The position numbers and the translations under genes were made by a program. A stretch of 64,000 bases of DNA, taken from NCBI GenBank assembly GCA_023213395.1, contig CM041465.1:92449741-92513740 (forward strand). Direction: 5' to 3'. The notes under the pieces are model-generated. The model was not told the DNA's origin. It ran no database searches and worked only from the letters and a program-made list of their open reading frames with translations. Numbering within the stretch: position 1 is the stretch's first letter; each line of letters begins with the position of its first letter. Source of the DNA: Cycas panzhihuaensis (taxonomy: Eukaryota; Plantae; Cycadophyta). Positions 13,635 to 24,965 of the stretch are shown one piece after another.

Positions 13635-13699
13635 TGTCGATTGCACACCAAATCCCTCGCCACGGATGATGTGCCGAGTAATTCTTCTTCCTGTGAGTA

Positions 13700-14010
13700 G
13701 TAAATTTGAACTTAAACCCTAGTCCTTCCAGCTCCGCCACGACCGTTTAAACCCTCGGCACGCTGCCACTCAACCGTATTACAGCGAAAATTCAAACCCT
13801 TCATCCATTATATCCAAACGAGGGCATACATTGATCGCACATATACATCCATTCATGTAATGTAATGTATGTATGGTGGGGAAGCAGGCATACAAATAGC
13901 CCTCACCCCGAACGACTCGGAACCCTGAGCTCCCATTAGCCCATCTGTCCTCTCACGGATTGCCAGCGTGGCAAGATCCTGACCATTAACAGATATCAGA
14001 CCGTTTGAAC
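13700..14010 (-). promoter_or_regulatory. Histone H1 5'UTR and proximal promoter with candidate motifs
   Basis: Telo-box AAACCCTA (13714-13721), MSA-like AACGGTC (~13741, ~14000), TATAAT (~13806-13811), site II TGGGCT (13938-13943). CpG is retained here relative to the flanking repeats. Confidence 0.5.
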
Positions 14011-15099
14011 ATAGTGGTCATCCCTGACAACCGCCTAAACAGGTAAACCATTCTTTATTTTTTATTTGTTGGGAACACGGCCTGCCATATCTCGGTAGGA
14101 AAGGCCTATGTTTCCACTTTTTCCTCATTTTTTGCTGTACTTCTCTCGTTTGGGCGCGTGGAAGGAGAATATTTGTTGTCCATTGGATAAGAGCAAGGCT
14201 ACGCCCACCAAGGCTTTTGGAGGAGGCCATTGTGAAACGAGGGATCTAAGAGCTTTGAAAGCCCTCCTCTGAACTAACTAACTAGATGGTGAAATTTCTT
14301 GGGTTGGTTAGAGTGCAACCATCATGCATGGTTGGAGTAACGCAACCATAATTGAATAGATTTTGATTGGTCTTCATATGCAATTTGTGGATTTAATTGT
14401 TTGAGTAAAAGTAGAATGAAAAAACATAACTCTAGAGACGCAAAAGTAAAATGAGGAAACACAATTCAAGAGACTCAAGAAACACAATTGTGTTCAGGTG
14501 ACATGTTTCAATAATTAGATGTTGTGGCATTTTCTCTCTCAAGTTATTTCAAAGAGTATGTATGATTTCTTTCTCTCTCTCTTTTTTTTTTCAATTGATG
14601 GAACAAATTTGATAACGTATGAGTAACATGAACTCAAATGAAAAAGCAACCCTTGACAAAGATGCATGAGTTATAATGCATATTTACCTACCATCATTCC
14701 TTTAACACACTGAGATTAATTAATACATTTTTATATTATAAAACTATTTATAATAAGCACATCAAAATACAACAAACACCAATCTTCAATAGTCATATCA
14801 CATGGATTCCATTACAGTGAATTGCAAGCCAACACAACATTGAACCTCAAGCCACATCCAACCATAAATGTAAGGAAAATACCCCCCAAAAAAAGAAAAG
14901 AAAACATAATCTACATTACCTTGACAACATTGAAAGATAGATATATAAAGGAAATCTTCTTAATCCTAAAACTTACTAGATCAAATAAGAATGTAAGAGA
15001 GTAGGGCTGATTATTTAGGAATATAAGGGGTGGGCTCACTAAATGCAATGGTGACATGTTATTTATAACTATCAATATAATAGTTACTGATAATGGGGT

Positions 15100-15400
15100 T
15101 TTAAGAGTTCCCTAGAAGCTACAATAATTGAGAATAGTCATTGATGGAATTTTGCTTGATGAAGAAGGAAAATTTGCCATTCATGCAATCTTACACTTCG
15201 AATAGAAAAATAAGCAATATCGTTGGCTAGGTTTTATACAAAAATGATGAGAAGCATCAACAATGAACATAGCTAATGGCAAGATCTTATATTAAAGACC
15301 TCTACAAACCTTTGAGTAATAAAAACCCTAATCTATACACAAGCTCAAAATATCCCCTTTTAGATATTATATTCTTATGAGCCTTTGCACCCAAGGAGGC
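15100..15400 (-). mobile_element. Possible highly decayed L1 ORF1 fragment
   Basis: Only weak motifs (RGYFELV, VCxEV...LP, Cys/His remnants). Confidence 0.25.
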
Positions 15401-15680
15401 TATACAAATTAGAGGTAACAAAATGCCTTTGAAACTCTTCAAACTTCTACAAAATATCACTATCTATAAAAACAAAATAAAAACATCCTTCTAAATACAT
15501 AACACATCATTTGTGTTTAAACATGCATATTTCCAACAAGGAAACACATAAAACAACCCATGTATAGAAATGTAGTTATAAAGAATTAATTATAACCAAT
15601 GAAATAAGTAGAAAATAAAATCACCTTAAATAGAACAATATATTTTAAATATATTTTAAGTAGAACTTTTGTATTTTAAA

Positions 15681-15841
15681 GTCAAGCACTAGGCTGCACT
15701 AGTAGGTATCTACCCTACGGTGTTGGAAGTCCTAAGTTCAACCTCCACGAGGGGTTATAGGGGAGAACTGGATGAAAGGATGACAAACCCTGACAAATAC
15801 AAATCTAATTCCATCCACTCGGTACATACCGTAAAAAAAAA
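15681..15841 (+). mobile_element. tRNA-derived SINE (~160 bp)
   Basis: A-box-like ggctgcactagtagg, B-box-like gtcctaagttcaacctc at tRNA-like spacing, A9 tail at 15833-15841. agaacttt occurs on both flanks (possible aged TSD). Confidence 0.65.
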
Positions 15842-17227
15842 GAACTTTACATTATAAAAACATATCACAAAAAAAATCATTATTTCCTTCACTATATGTT
15901 ATCACCCTTTAAGGGCGGGAGGATATATTACTAAGAGCAATAGGCCTTTACTATATTTTGAAGAAGTTTATTCAAATTCTAAAGGAACTAGTTGGGAGGA
16001 AAATTCTCTTCTCATAGCACATGCTTATTTAATGAAGGTTCGAATGGTGGGAAGCATTTGGTGAATGGAAGATGATATTAATAATTAGTGAAATAAATAA
16101 ATGAAAGAACAAACAAATGCTTGTGAAGTAGATAAAGTAAAGTGTGAGTGCAAAAATAGAGTAGATACAAAAGAATGGGAAAAGCACTTTATAGGGCCAT
16201 TATTTATTTTATTATTAAAAGTATGAGAGAAAAAATAACAGTATAAGTAAATCTCATTTGGTTTATTAATGCTTATTGATGATGGATAGCTCATATAATC
16301 CTCAAGGCTAATTAGCATGGTAGGGATTGTGGGTTCCATAAACAAAGATCTATAGCTAAGCTTTAAATAGAAAAGGATTATAGATGGTGTAGTGAGAGAT
16401 GAGTCATTTGCAATGCTTCAAATGTTGCCTAATAAAGAATAAAGATAATGAAGAGTGGAGGGTCTTTCTTCTCCTTTTTGAAGGAGCATGAATAACAAGA
16501 CTATAAGTCTAGCTTTGAGATGATTTCCCCTAATGTATGTAAGGCATTTATGTTAAGTGAAAATGCTAATGAAATGAGCCCAAGTGCTTTTATTATAAGT
16601 GTATGATGACTTATAGGAACTAATGTGCTTTCATTAAGCTTAGTATTTTTATGTTAAGGATTTGGTTTATTTAGTTGTAGTGGTTTGTACATGTCAAGGG
16701 TGTAGAGTTAAGCCATAAAATAATGACAATTATAGATTAAGGAATGATAATAAAATGGAAATGACTTGAGGGGGTTTATTAGATATGGAGAATGAGGAAA
16801 TATTATTGTTGTTGCCACTAAATAAATAGGGGAAGAGTGTAGCATATATTAAGTTGGATTTTTAAGCATTTAACTACTTTGCTTTATGAGAGGGATATGC
16901 CCCATGTCATGAGTGTGCTTATTGCTACTAATTTCTATTTTGAGTGAGTATAAACATCTCCCATCCCTATGTGGGTAATCTTCTTATAGATTCTTAATAT
17001 CCTTTAGAAATGTTGATTAGTTTGTGTTGCTCTTTGTAGCCTTTTGTCAGAAACACCTTAGCTCTAATATTATGTTAAAAGCAAATGTGTTGAATCATAG
17101 TGGTAATACCATGCTAGAAACATGCTATGATACCATGTTGAAGAAATTGAAGTAATAACAAGTTCAATAGCATGTATATTACTAGACAAATAAATAAACC
17201 AATGAAGTAATATGGCAGATTTATAGT

Positions 17228-17398
17228 GGAAAACACAATAAGAGAAAAAACACTTTTTTAAGTACTAGCTTCTTAATTAACAAACTTGGACTCTTAGATA
17301 TATCTTTTATATTGGAAAACACAGTAAGAGAAAAAACACTTTTTTAAGTACTAGCTTCTTTATTAACAAACTTGAACTCTTGGATATATCTCTTATAT
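17228..17398. repeat. ~85-bp tandem duplication in one LTR of element A
   Basis: tggaaaacaca(a/g)taagagaaaaaacac... occurs at 17228 and 17313; the other LTR (~25798) has a single copy. Confidence 0.88.
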
Positions 17399-19491
17399 CT
17401 CTCTTACTCTTCATCTTTTTGGATCTTGGCCGCTCATCTCTTCGTTCAATACAAAAAACTTTTTGTCTTTTTATAAAATTTTCACTACATAATCAATCAA
17501 CAAGATATAACCTCATAATTAACTAATCATGTAATGTAATATTAAATTAACATTTTCTAAAATCTTCCAACATCTCCTCTTAACATTGACTTATGAAAAA
17601 CTAAAAGAAAATGAGAATGATAAGATATCATCATGTAAACCCTGACTTAATAATAGCTTTATAGTAAAGAATACATTTGAATAAGGCTTTGCAATATCAA
17701 CTTGATTGAATTATATATGCTTCACCTAAATTTGTTAACATCCATATGAAAATACAACCATGTACTAGATGATATAGGTAACCAACCTCTATAACCATTA
17801 GTTTGCTAGGATGCTCTTTATATATGTGGTTTATTAACATTTGAATTATGCTTCACCTTATTGGCATTTAAGGACAAACAAACTACTTGGCTAGATAATA
17901 TTCAAGTAGGTATTAAATACATCTTAACTAGATACAACTGAACACATGCTAAATGCAATATAACTAAATGGAGTTTTCACCCTCTACAACTGAGTTTAGA
18001 AGCATAACAATTTGAATTTAACAACCAAACAATTGTTAGATAATGAAGAAGCACAACACTAAAAATCCAATTAATTTCTTCCATCAATATGAACTTTGAA
18101 ATATATTGAAAACTTGTAAAATTAGGGTAATATATCAATTTCTAAAGCTCTTAAGTGCTAAAATATGAAATCTAATTACACGGATATGTAGAGCTCGAAA
18201 ACATATTTGGAATAAAAAGAAATAATTTTGAAATTAGATATCATATGACCAAGTTTGAATGACTTGAAGAATTAGTGAAAAATGTACTATTATCAACAAA
18301 ATACAAAATGAACTTAAATTTTCATTAACAAATCAAAACCTAATAGTTCCTTATAACCACTCATTTTGAAGGTGTCTGAACTAGAATTCTAACGATGTTG
18401 ATGAAACTAAAATTAAATACCTGTAGAGAAAGTTACAATTAAAAGAATGACGACATGTCATAAAATGCCAAAAACTAGTTGAAAAATAAGAGTTAAGCCC
18501 CCTTGACTAAAAGTATTGGTTGCATGAAACCAGCCATATGACCATTTAATAATATCACAAGGGGCTAGGGAAATTTTAAATCACATTCCAATTGAACTTA
18601 ATTTATCTTAAACTTTAGAAAAAGTTTTAACCCCAAATGAAATTTTAAACCTACAATGGCGATTTGTTGAAGTTGTGGACAAAATATTGAGTCTTGGAAG
18701 TAAAATTTTTATAGATCTTAATTGCCAAAATGTAAATTTACCTCACATATTGCATAAAAGAAGTCTATCAACTCTAGAAAATGCATAATCACAAAGAGAA
18801 ATAGTTGAAATATTGGAGAAAACCATTGTTGATGTTGCGAAGATGTTGTCTTGGATGTAAATCCCCATGGATTTGAAAACATTAAGATGCCCACTTGAGG
18901 GCTACTAAATGAATTAAAACTAGAGCTACCAAAATAAAGAAAGGGTAAGCATGACTTACTATTAAGGAGACACCTAAACACACAAACATGGATTACTGAA
19001 TGTTGCATCGAGAATAGAGAAAGAGAGCTCTACCTAAGAAAATTCCACAAATGTGCAAATAATGTTAGATCTACTAGAACGAGAAGCTACCTTTACTCTT
19101 CATCAACTAAATATATGCAACAAAATATAGAAGCTCCGGACTTGTAAACACTAAATGAAAGAAGGCTATAAAATACGGATAAAGATATGTCCTAAATAAT
19201 TGAATTATTGAAAGAAGCCTAATGAATAAAGTTGTGAGACATGTATTGAATAAGAAGTTGTAAGAAGGTTACTAATAAGGTGCTAATAGTCTCAGAAGAG
19301 AGAGGAGCCAACAAGAGAAAGTTGAAGGAGCTAATGCATATAATGCTCTTAGTATATCTATAAATTGTACTACATGTAACAGAAATATACTGAAGTAAGT
19401 TAGAAAATTAACTAAATAACTTGAGAAAAATTCAAACCTTGAATCAAACTAATCACATGTCTAATTGAAGCTCTTGATGTCTTGTTAATTC

Positions 19492-19810
19492 GCTCTAATA
19501 TCATGTTAGAAGATATTCCAATATATTTACATGATGATGTCTTCTCATTCTCATTTACTTCTGATTCCTTATAAGTTAATATTACATGGGGATGTCGAAA
19601 GATGTTATAAGACATTAATTTAATATTATGTTATGTGATTAATTAATTACGAGGTTATATTCTATTAGTCAATTATCATGTGACAACTAAGAAATAATAT
19701 CTTTGATACCATATTAGAAATGCCTCAGCTCTAATATTATGTTAGAAATAAAGGTGCAAGATCATAGTTGTAATACTATATTAAAAATAAGCTATGATAC
19801 TATGTTGAAA
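19492..19810 (-). repeat. Array of five ~20-bp 'LTR end + tRNA-Met PBS' modules (consensus GCTCTGATACCATGTTAGAA on +)
   Basis: Copies at 19492, 19700, 19728, 19767 and 19791. The last three recur in the other LTR at 17061, 17100 and 17124. Confidence 0.8.
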
Positions 19811-20489
19811 ATTTTGAAGTAATAACTACTGGAGTTAATCATTATCATTCTACTTTCACCTTCCAACTAGGATTGTATATCTCATCAACCTCATTTTACA
19901 CATGTGGGTGCTCAACATGTGTAGGTAAGTTAATGTTAATTTGAGTTAGTTTCATTTGAGTTAAGTTAGTATTATTTTATTGTTAATTTGAATTTCTGGG
20001 GTTGATGAGTTTCTCTCCTCCCCTCAAAATTATAAATATTGAGGGGTGTGCAACCCTGGTGTCTTTAGACACCATCCTCATTTGGAAAATTTGTAATGCT
20101 CACTTCTCACAATGGATTGAATATAGAAATTTCATGTGTTTATGCTACAACAATGTATTTATGTATTAATCTTTTGAAGATTATTCTATGTTCTGTCATG
20201 TTCTCCTGTAATTATTTTCCTTTATTTAGTATCAAAGCATAGTTTAACTACATTCTATTTCCAATAATTGGTATCAGAGTAGACGATTGCTGGCCTGCTG
20301 AAGTCTATTTGAAGAGCAACAAGATTTACTGATATTTGAGGTAAATTTACTCACAGCAAAGAGAATACTAGTTATATTTATTTTCTGCAAATTTTTTCAG
20401 TAATTTTCATATATTTTTCATCAAGATTTGATTATTGTTGAGTTATATTTGAAAAATAACAAAGATATTTCAGATTTTTCACAGATTTG

Positions 20490-21450
20490 TATAGATTTAT
20501 GAAGGATTTCAGCTATAAGCTACATTTTTTCAAATTTTTTTTTTATCTGAATTATATTTTTTCAGATCTGTACATCTTATTACATATTTGACTATTTTTC
20601 AAGAATATTTCTGCCTATTTATCTAATCTTTGTGTAGATTTGTAAAGGATTCTAGCAGCAAGCCACATTTATTCAAGTTTTTTCTCAGATTTGAGCTATA
20701 TTTCTTTAGATCTATATTTTTTTATCATATATTTCACCATGTTTTGGCAAATTCTTGTCTATATTTCTAGATTTACAAAAGGGATCAACAGATTTCAGCT
20801 ACAAGCTACATTTTTTTAAAGATTTGTGAAGGATTTTCAGCTACATGTAGGATTTATACAAGTTTTCTTCATATTTGTGATATATTTTATCAGATCTATA
20901 TAATTTTATCAAATATTTGGCATCTTTTAAGCACATTTCTGTCTATTTATCTAGTATTTTTCATAGATCTGTGAAGAAGATCAGCTGCATGCAAAAGCTA
21001 TCAAAGTTTTCTTCAAGATCTGCAACTCTTACTTCAGATCTACTATATTTCATTTTAGATCTGCTTATTTCAGCAACTATTACACCATTTTCTGATTGAT
21101 TTATTTTAGATCTATAATATTTGTCAATTTTTTTTTTAGATCTGCCTATTTCAGCAATTGTTTTAACATTTTCTGGTATACTTGTTACATATCTGCAAGA
21201 TTTAGTTCAGATCTGCTACATTTTATTTCAGATCTATATTCCTTTTTAACATATATTTGACAATTGTTTCAAGTTTTCTTTTCAGATCTGCAATTTTTGG
21301 GTGCATATCCTGCCCAACAAACCATATATTACAACATATCTGCCTATATTCGACTTGTGAGGAAAAAATCAGTCTACTGGAAGTTTTGAAACCTATTTTC
21401 AGCTGCAGATTTGCTATAGCTACGTTTACCAGGTTCCTCATACGTTTTTT
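20490..21450 (+). repeat. Degenerate ~140-bp tandem array (cagatct core) in the leader of element B
   Basis: Units tagat(t/c)t(g/a)t(g/a)aagga...cagct... start at ~20492, 20634, 20820 and 20963, with partial copies to ~21450. Confidence 0.7.
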
Positions 21451-22177
21451 TTCAGATCTAAACTCATATTTTTTATATATCTACAACATATTTGAAAATA
21501 TTTCAAATACAAATATATGTGCATTTTATTTATTTGATATATTTTCTTCAAGATATTTGAAAAATGTGTCCATGCTCCTCACATTGATATTTCATTTATC
21601 ATATGTTTTACATTATATATTTTTTTGACATCTTATGCACATAAGCATTTTCATTTGTGACTGCAAAGGAGTGCAAAAACTATCAATTATTTTCATTCTT
21701 TACAAAAAGAATAAAAAAAAAAATTTAAAAATTTTATTGGTATTTGATCTTGTAGACCAAAGAAAGCATATTGTTTCTGTACTCTGCTTTCTACATTGCC
21801 CCTTTTATTGGCCACATCTACTGCTTTTCTATTATATCCCTACATTTTTTTGGGGCACTCCCTTCTACCTTTTATCAGGAAGTGGAAGCCATTATTAGGC
21901 TCATAATCTTAAACCTGTCCTTTATCCTTTTTTCTTAAGAGTTCTTGAGAGTGCTTAGATTGCTCTAATAGACCACCAAGCTTGAATATGGAAACATGAT
22001 CACAGTATTCAAATCTGAATATTACTTCAAAAACAAAAAAACATTCTTAAGTTGTAATGAGCTTTGCATCCTTGCTGGTGCCTCCACACTTTGATTCCAA
22101 TACTTTCTGTCATGTTGTTTCTCATCTTTAACATTCACAACCTTGCACAGCTGTCGCCTTCTAAGCATTTTAACTCT

Positions 22178-22256
22178 GCCAAAGTTCCTGTTTGATCAAG
22201 AGAGTAGTGATACATGTTTCATCTTTAAGAAAAGTCTTGCGAAGCCAAAGTCTGCA
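22178..22256 (-). pseudogene. Captured receptor-like kinase fragment (subdomain VII-VIII)
   Basis: Translates, with two frame slips, as ADFGFARLF / DETCITTLLI / TGTL, matching the RLK pattern ADFGLARLF..DETHxxT..IAGTxG. Confidence 0.6.
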
Positions 22257-22706
22257 TCCTGGTTATAATTTGTAGAGGGGAGAGGCACTTCGGCTTCACA
22301 CATTTGAAGTTCCTGTAGTGCTACAATAAGCACATGCATGAAATTTGCAAAACCCTATTGAAGGCTTGGTTGAAAAGCAAACAAGTTTGGAATCTTCACA
22401 ACTTCACAATCTTTTGATATCCAAGAGCCCGATCATTTGAAAAATAAGCACTATTAGCTTTAGTAATTCTTCGCATGCACTGTATCAACAAAATTTTTGA
22501 AGCAAGAAAAAGAAAAAGTATCAACCTGTCTGATGCAAAAGGTGCAATAGCCCTTGCCTCCAGCTCTTGATCAATATTTTGGTGGCGTCACCCAGGTCAA
22601 ACTACAGACATTCATACTCCAAACCCTCTTCATCAATCTGATCCATAATAGCATAATAATTTTGCATCCCATAATTTCCATTCTCTACTCACCCCACCTG
22701 GAAAAA

Positions 22707-23079
22707 TTAAGCACTATAACCTACTTAGAGTGAACTCCAAAACCTTGATAGAATTCGAGGGCACACTTCACCAGAAACTTCATCCATATTATCCACTCTA
22801 ACACCTTTGTTGCAAACATCTGCTAGAGCACGCATGTGTTTCAAGCTGTACTAGGAAAGCGATCCACAACGGGACTCAAATGTGCACACCATTGTTTTAA
22901 GGCAGTCCCAATCATCCACCAAAGGTTGCCCTAGGAGTCGCACAACTTTCAACACAGCAGGATCTATTTCTGATCCAAACAAAAGGGGCAAATCCCACGT
23001 ACGAGTACAACGGCTCCTTGCTGATTGGTATGTCACCATATTACATCACATGTGATCCCATTGCATATGTATTATGATT
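22707..23079 (-). pseudogene. VPE: Captured fragment of vacuolar processing enzyme (legumain / asparaginyl endopeptidase, C13) C-terminus
   Basis: [29 protein letters not shown] // [90 protein letters not shown]. Matches plant VPE motifs [33 protein letters not shown] and the terminal GYSA/GFSA. Confidence 0.9.
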
Positions 23080-24557
23080 CTACTGATTTGAGGGTTAGCC
23101 AAACGACTCAGGAGTACGCAGCGTGACAGTCCAACAGGCTCTGAGGCCGCGCTCACGCCATGGTGAAGACGCGGCAACAGTGGGGTGACGCGGCAATGTG
23201 CCCAAACTAAATTTAAACTTTCATTTTTCCATTTTTTATTTTTAATATAAAGTTTTAAAAAATTAAATTTTATTGTATAATTTTTTAAATCTGGGGTTTA
23301 AGGGCTTAAGCCCCTTTCACTCTTAGCCCCTGGTCCCATTTTACCTTTATATGACTGTAACTAATCACAAAATGGCACTAACAAGTTTTTAATAACATTT
23401 TTTCTTTTATTTTTTTAAAATTTTTATATCTTACATAGGGTTACTGACAAGTTTTTGCCATAACTTCTCACTGGATCATCGGTTTCTGACGAAACTAGTT
23501 TCATTATGTTAGAAATTTTTTGTAGATTAATTTTGACTAGTCATATGACCAATTTGGTGCTGATTTGACCCTATTTCAGTCGATTTAAAGTCAATCAGTC
23601 ATTTTTTGAGCATTTTTTAAACGTTTTATAAAATCACTTTTTGAACTGATTATATTTTATTATCGGGTAACTATTTTCTGCCCGAATTTATTTTATAGTG
23701 ATCTACGTTCAACAAACTTCATTACCTACCTTTTATTTTATTTTTTAGAATTAATTTTGATCATTATTTTAATTACTGAATGTGGCACTTTAGTGGTTTT
23801 TAGCCTTTTTCTTAACATATTTACATAAAGGTATTTGTTGCTGTTTTTACTATAACTTTTCTGTTTGACATCCAAATTCAATTTTGTTAGTTTCATTGGG
23901 AATTTGACTCACCCCCCTTCGATTTGACATAGTTTTTTATACATTTTAACATATTTTTACTAATTTTTAAATCACTCAAAATATAGGTACTTAATTGCCA
24001 CCAACTTGCCATTTTTACACACACACACATATATATATATATATTTCAAAATTTTTTAGCTGAAAGTATATTGAGCAGTCTTCTAAATAATATTTAATAA
24101 TTTTTTAGCATTTTATAAAGTTTTATTAGCAATTTTTTTACTTTTTTGAGCTTCTTGCTCCTGTTATGCCTAAAAAAGAGGCATGTACCTTTGGATTATT
24201 TAAATCCTAACTTATAGGAATCCATTTTCAAAACGGCTAGTTCTATTAGATTTATATTTTACTAATCTTTATATTGGTGAAGTTTCATTTTATTCTGACA
24301 TCGTTTAGTATGCTTTTAAAGCTGTCAAACTTGAGGTTATCCTCTAAACCTTCTTTTATAAGTTTCTTTATACTTCTTATCTTTCAGTTTTTTTCAGTAT
24401 TATATATTATCATCAAGGCTAAGGATTTATTGCATTGAGAGTTTGTATTTATTCATTTAAATAAAATCAAAAGGTTAAGGATTATTCATTTGTTTATTAA
24501 CCTTTCTGACTTGATAAAAGTACATTTATTTTATGTATTAATATTTTTCTTGATAAA

Positions 24558-24965
24558 ATGGCACAATTTCCTATATTCAATGGGCAAAATTTTTTACAAT
24601 GGTATAGAACTATGAAAGATTACTTCATTACATATGATCTTCTAAAATATTTGCAACATGAATGTGATATTAATATTAAAGAAACTTTTAGAAAGGATAA
24701 TGAAGTTTTACGATTATTATTTTGCACTATGAACGATGATGTTTTTTCAAAGGTTTGTGAATTAATAACTTCAAAATCTATTTGGGATATATTGATTTCC
24801 ACTTATGAAGGAGATACCCTCCATATATTTGATGATATTTTTTATGAGCATGTGAGACATGTGACAGAACAGGTGAATCATAATGATAACACCCATGAAG
24901 ATTCAGATCAAATACAGGACCAACTTACTACACAAGTACCTGATCCTCCATTTGAGGGGGAATAA
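24558..24965 (+). pseudogene. gag: Truncated copia gag N-terminus in element B
   Basis: MAQFPIFNGQNFLQW..MK..F....L...KDNEVL..L...M.DDVFSKV....TSKSIWDILISTYEG (DUF4219/UBN2-type pattern). A remnant of the pol C-terminus (KFYKFKEKIQV..IKGE) follows just before the PPT. Confidence 0.8.

Noticed and set aside
12344-13722. Overlapping alternative-frame and antisense ORFs around H1
   Set aside because: Shadow frames of a GC-rich, low-complexity coding sequence; no independent motifs.
14232-14550. Possible solo LTR or MITE upstream of H1 (TG..CA, small caaccat/atggttg palindrome)
   Set aside because: No TSD, no second copy and no PBS or PPT visible.
15900-17044. Purine-rich decayed sequence possibly continuous with 26060-26411 and 32955-33350
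   Set aside because: Could be one old element split by A and C, but no diagnostic motif was recognised.
19492-19810. CRISPR array interpretation of the repeat-spacer pattern
   Set aside because: Plant retroelement context, repeats equal PBS plus LTR end, spacers range 4-188 bp, and there are no cas genes.
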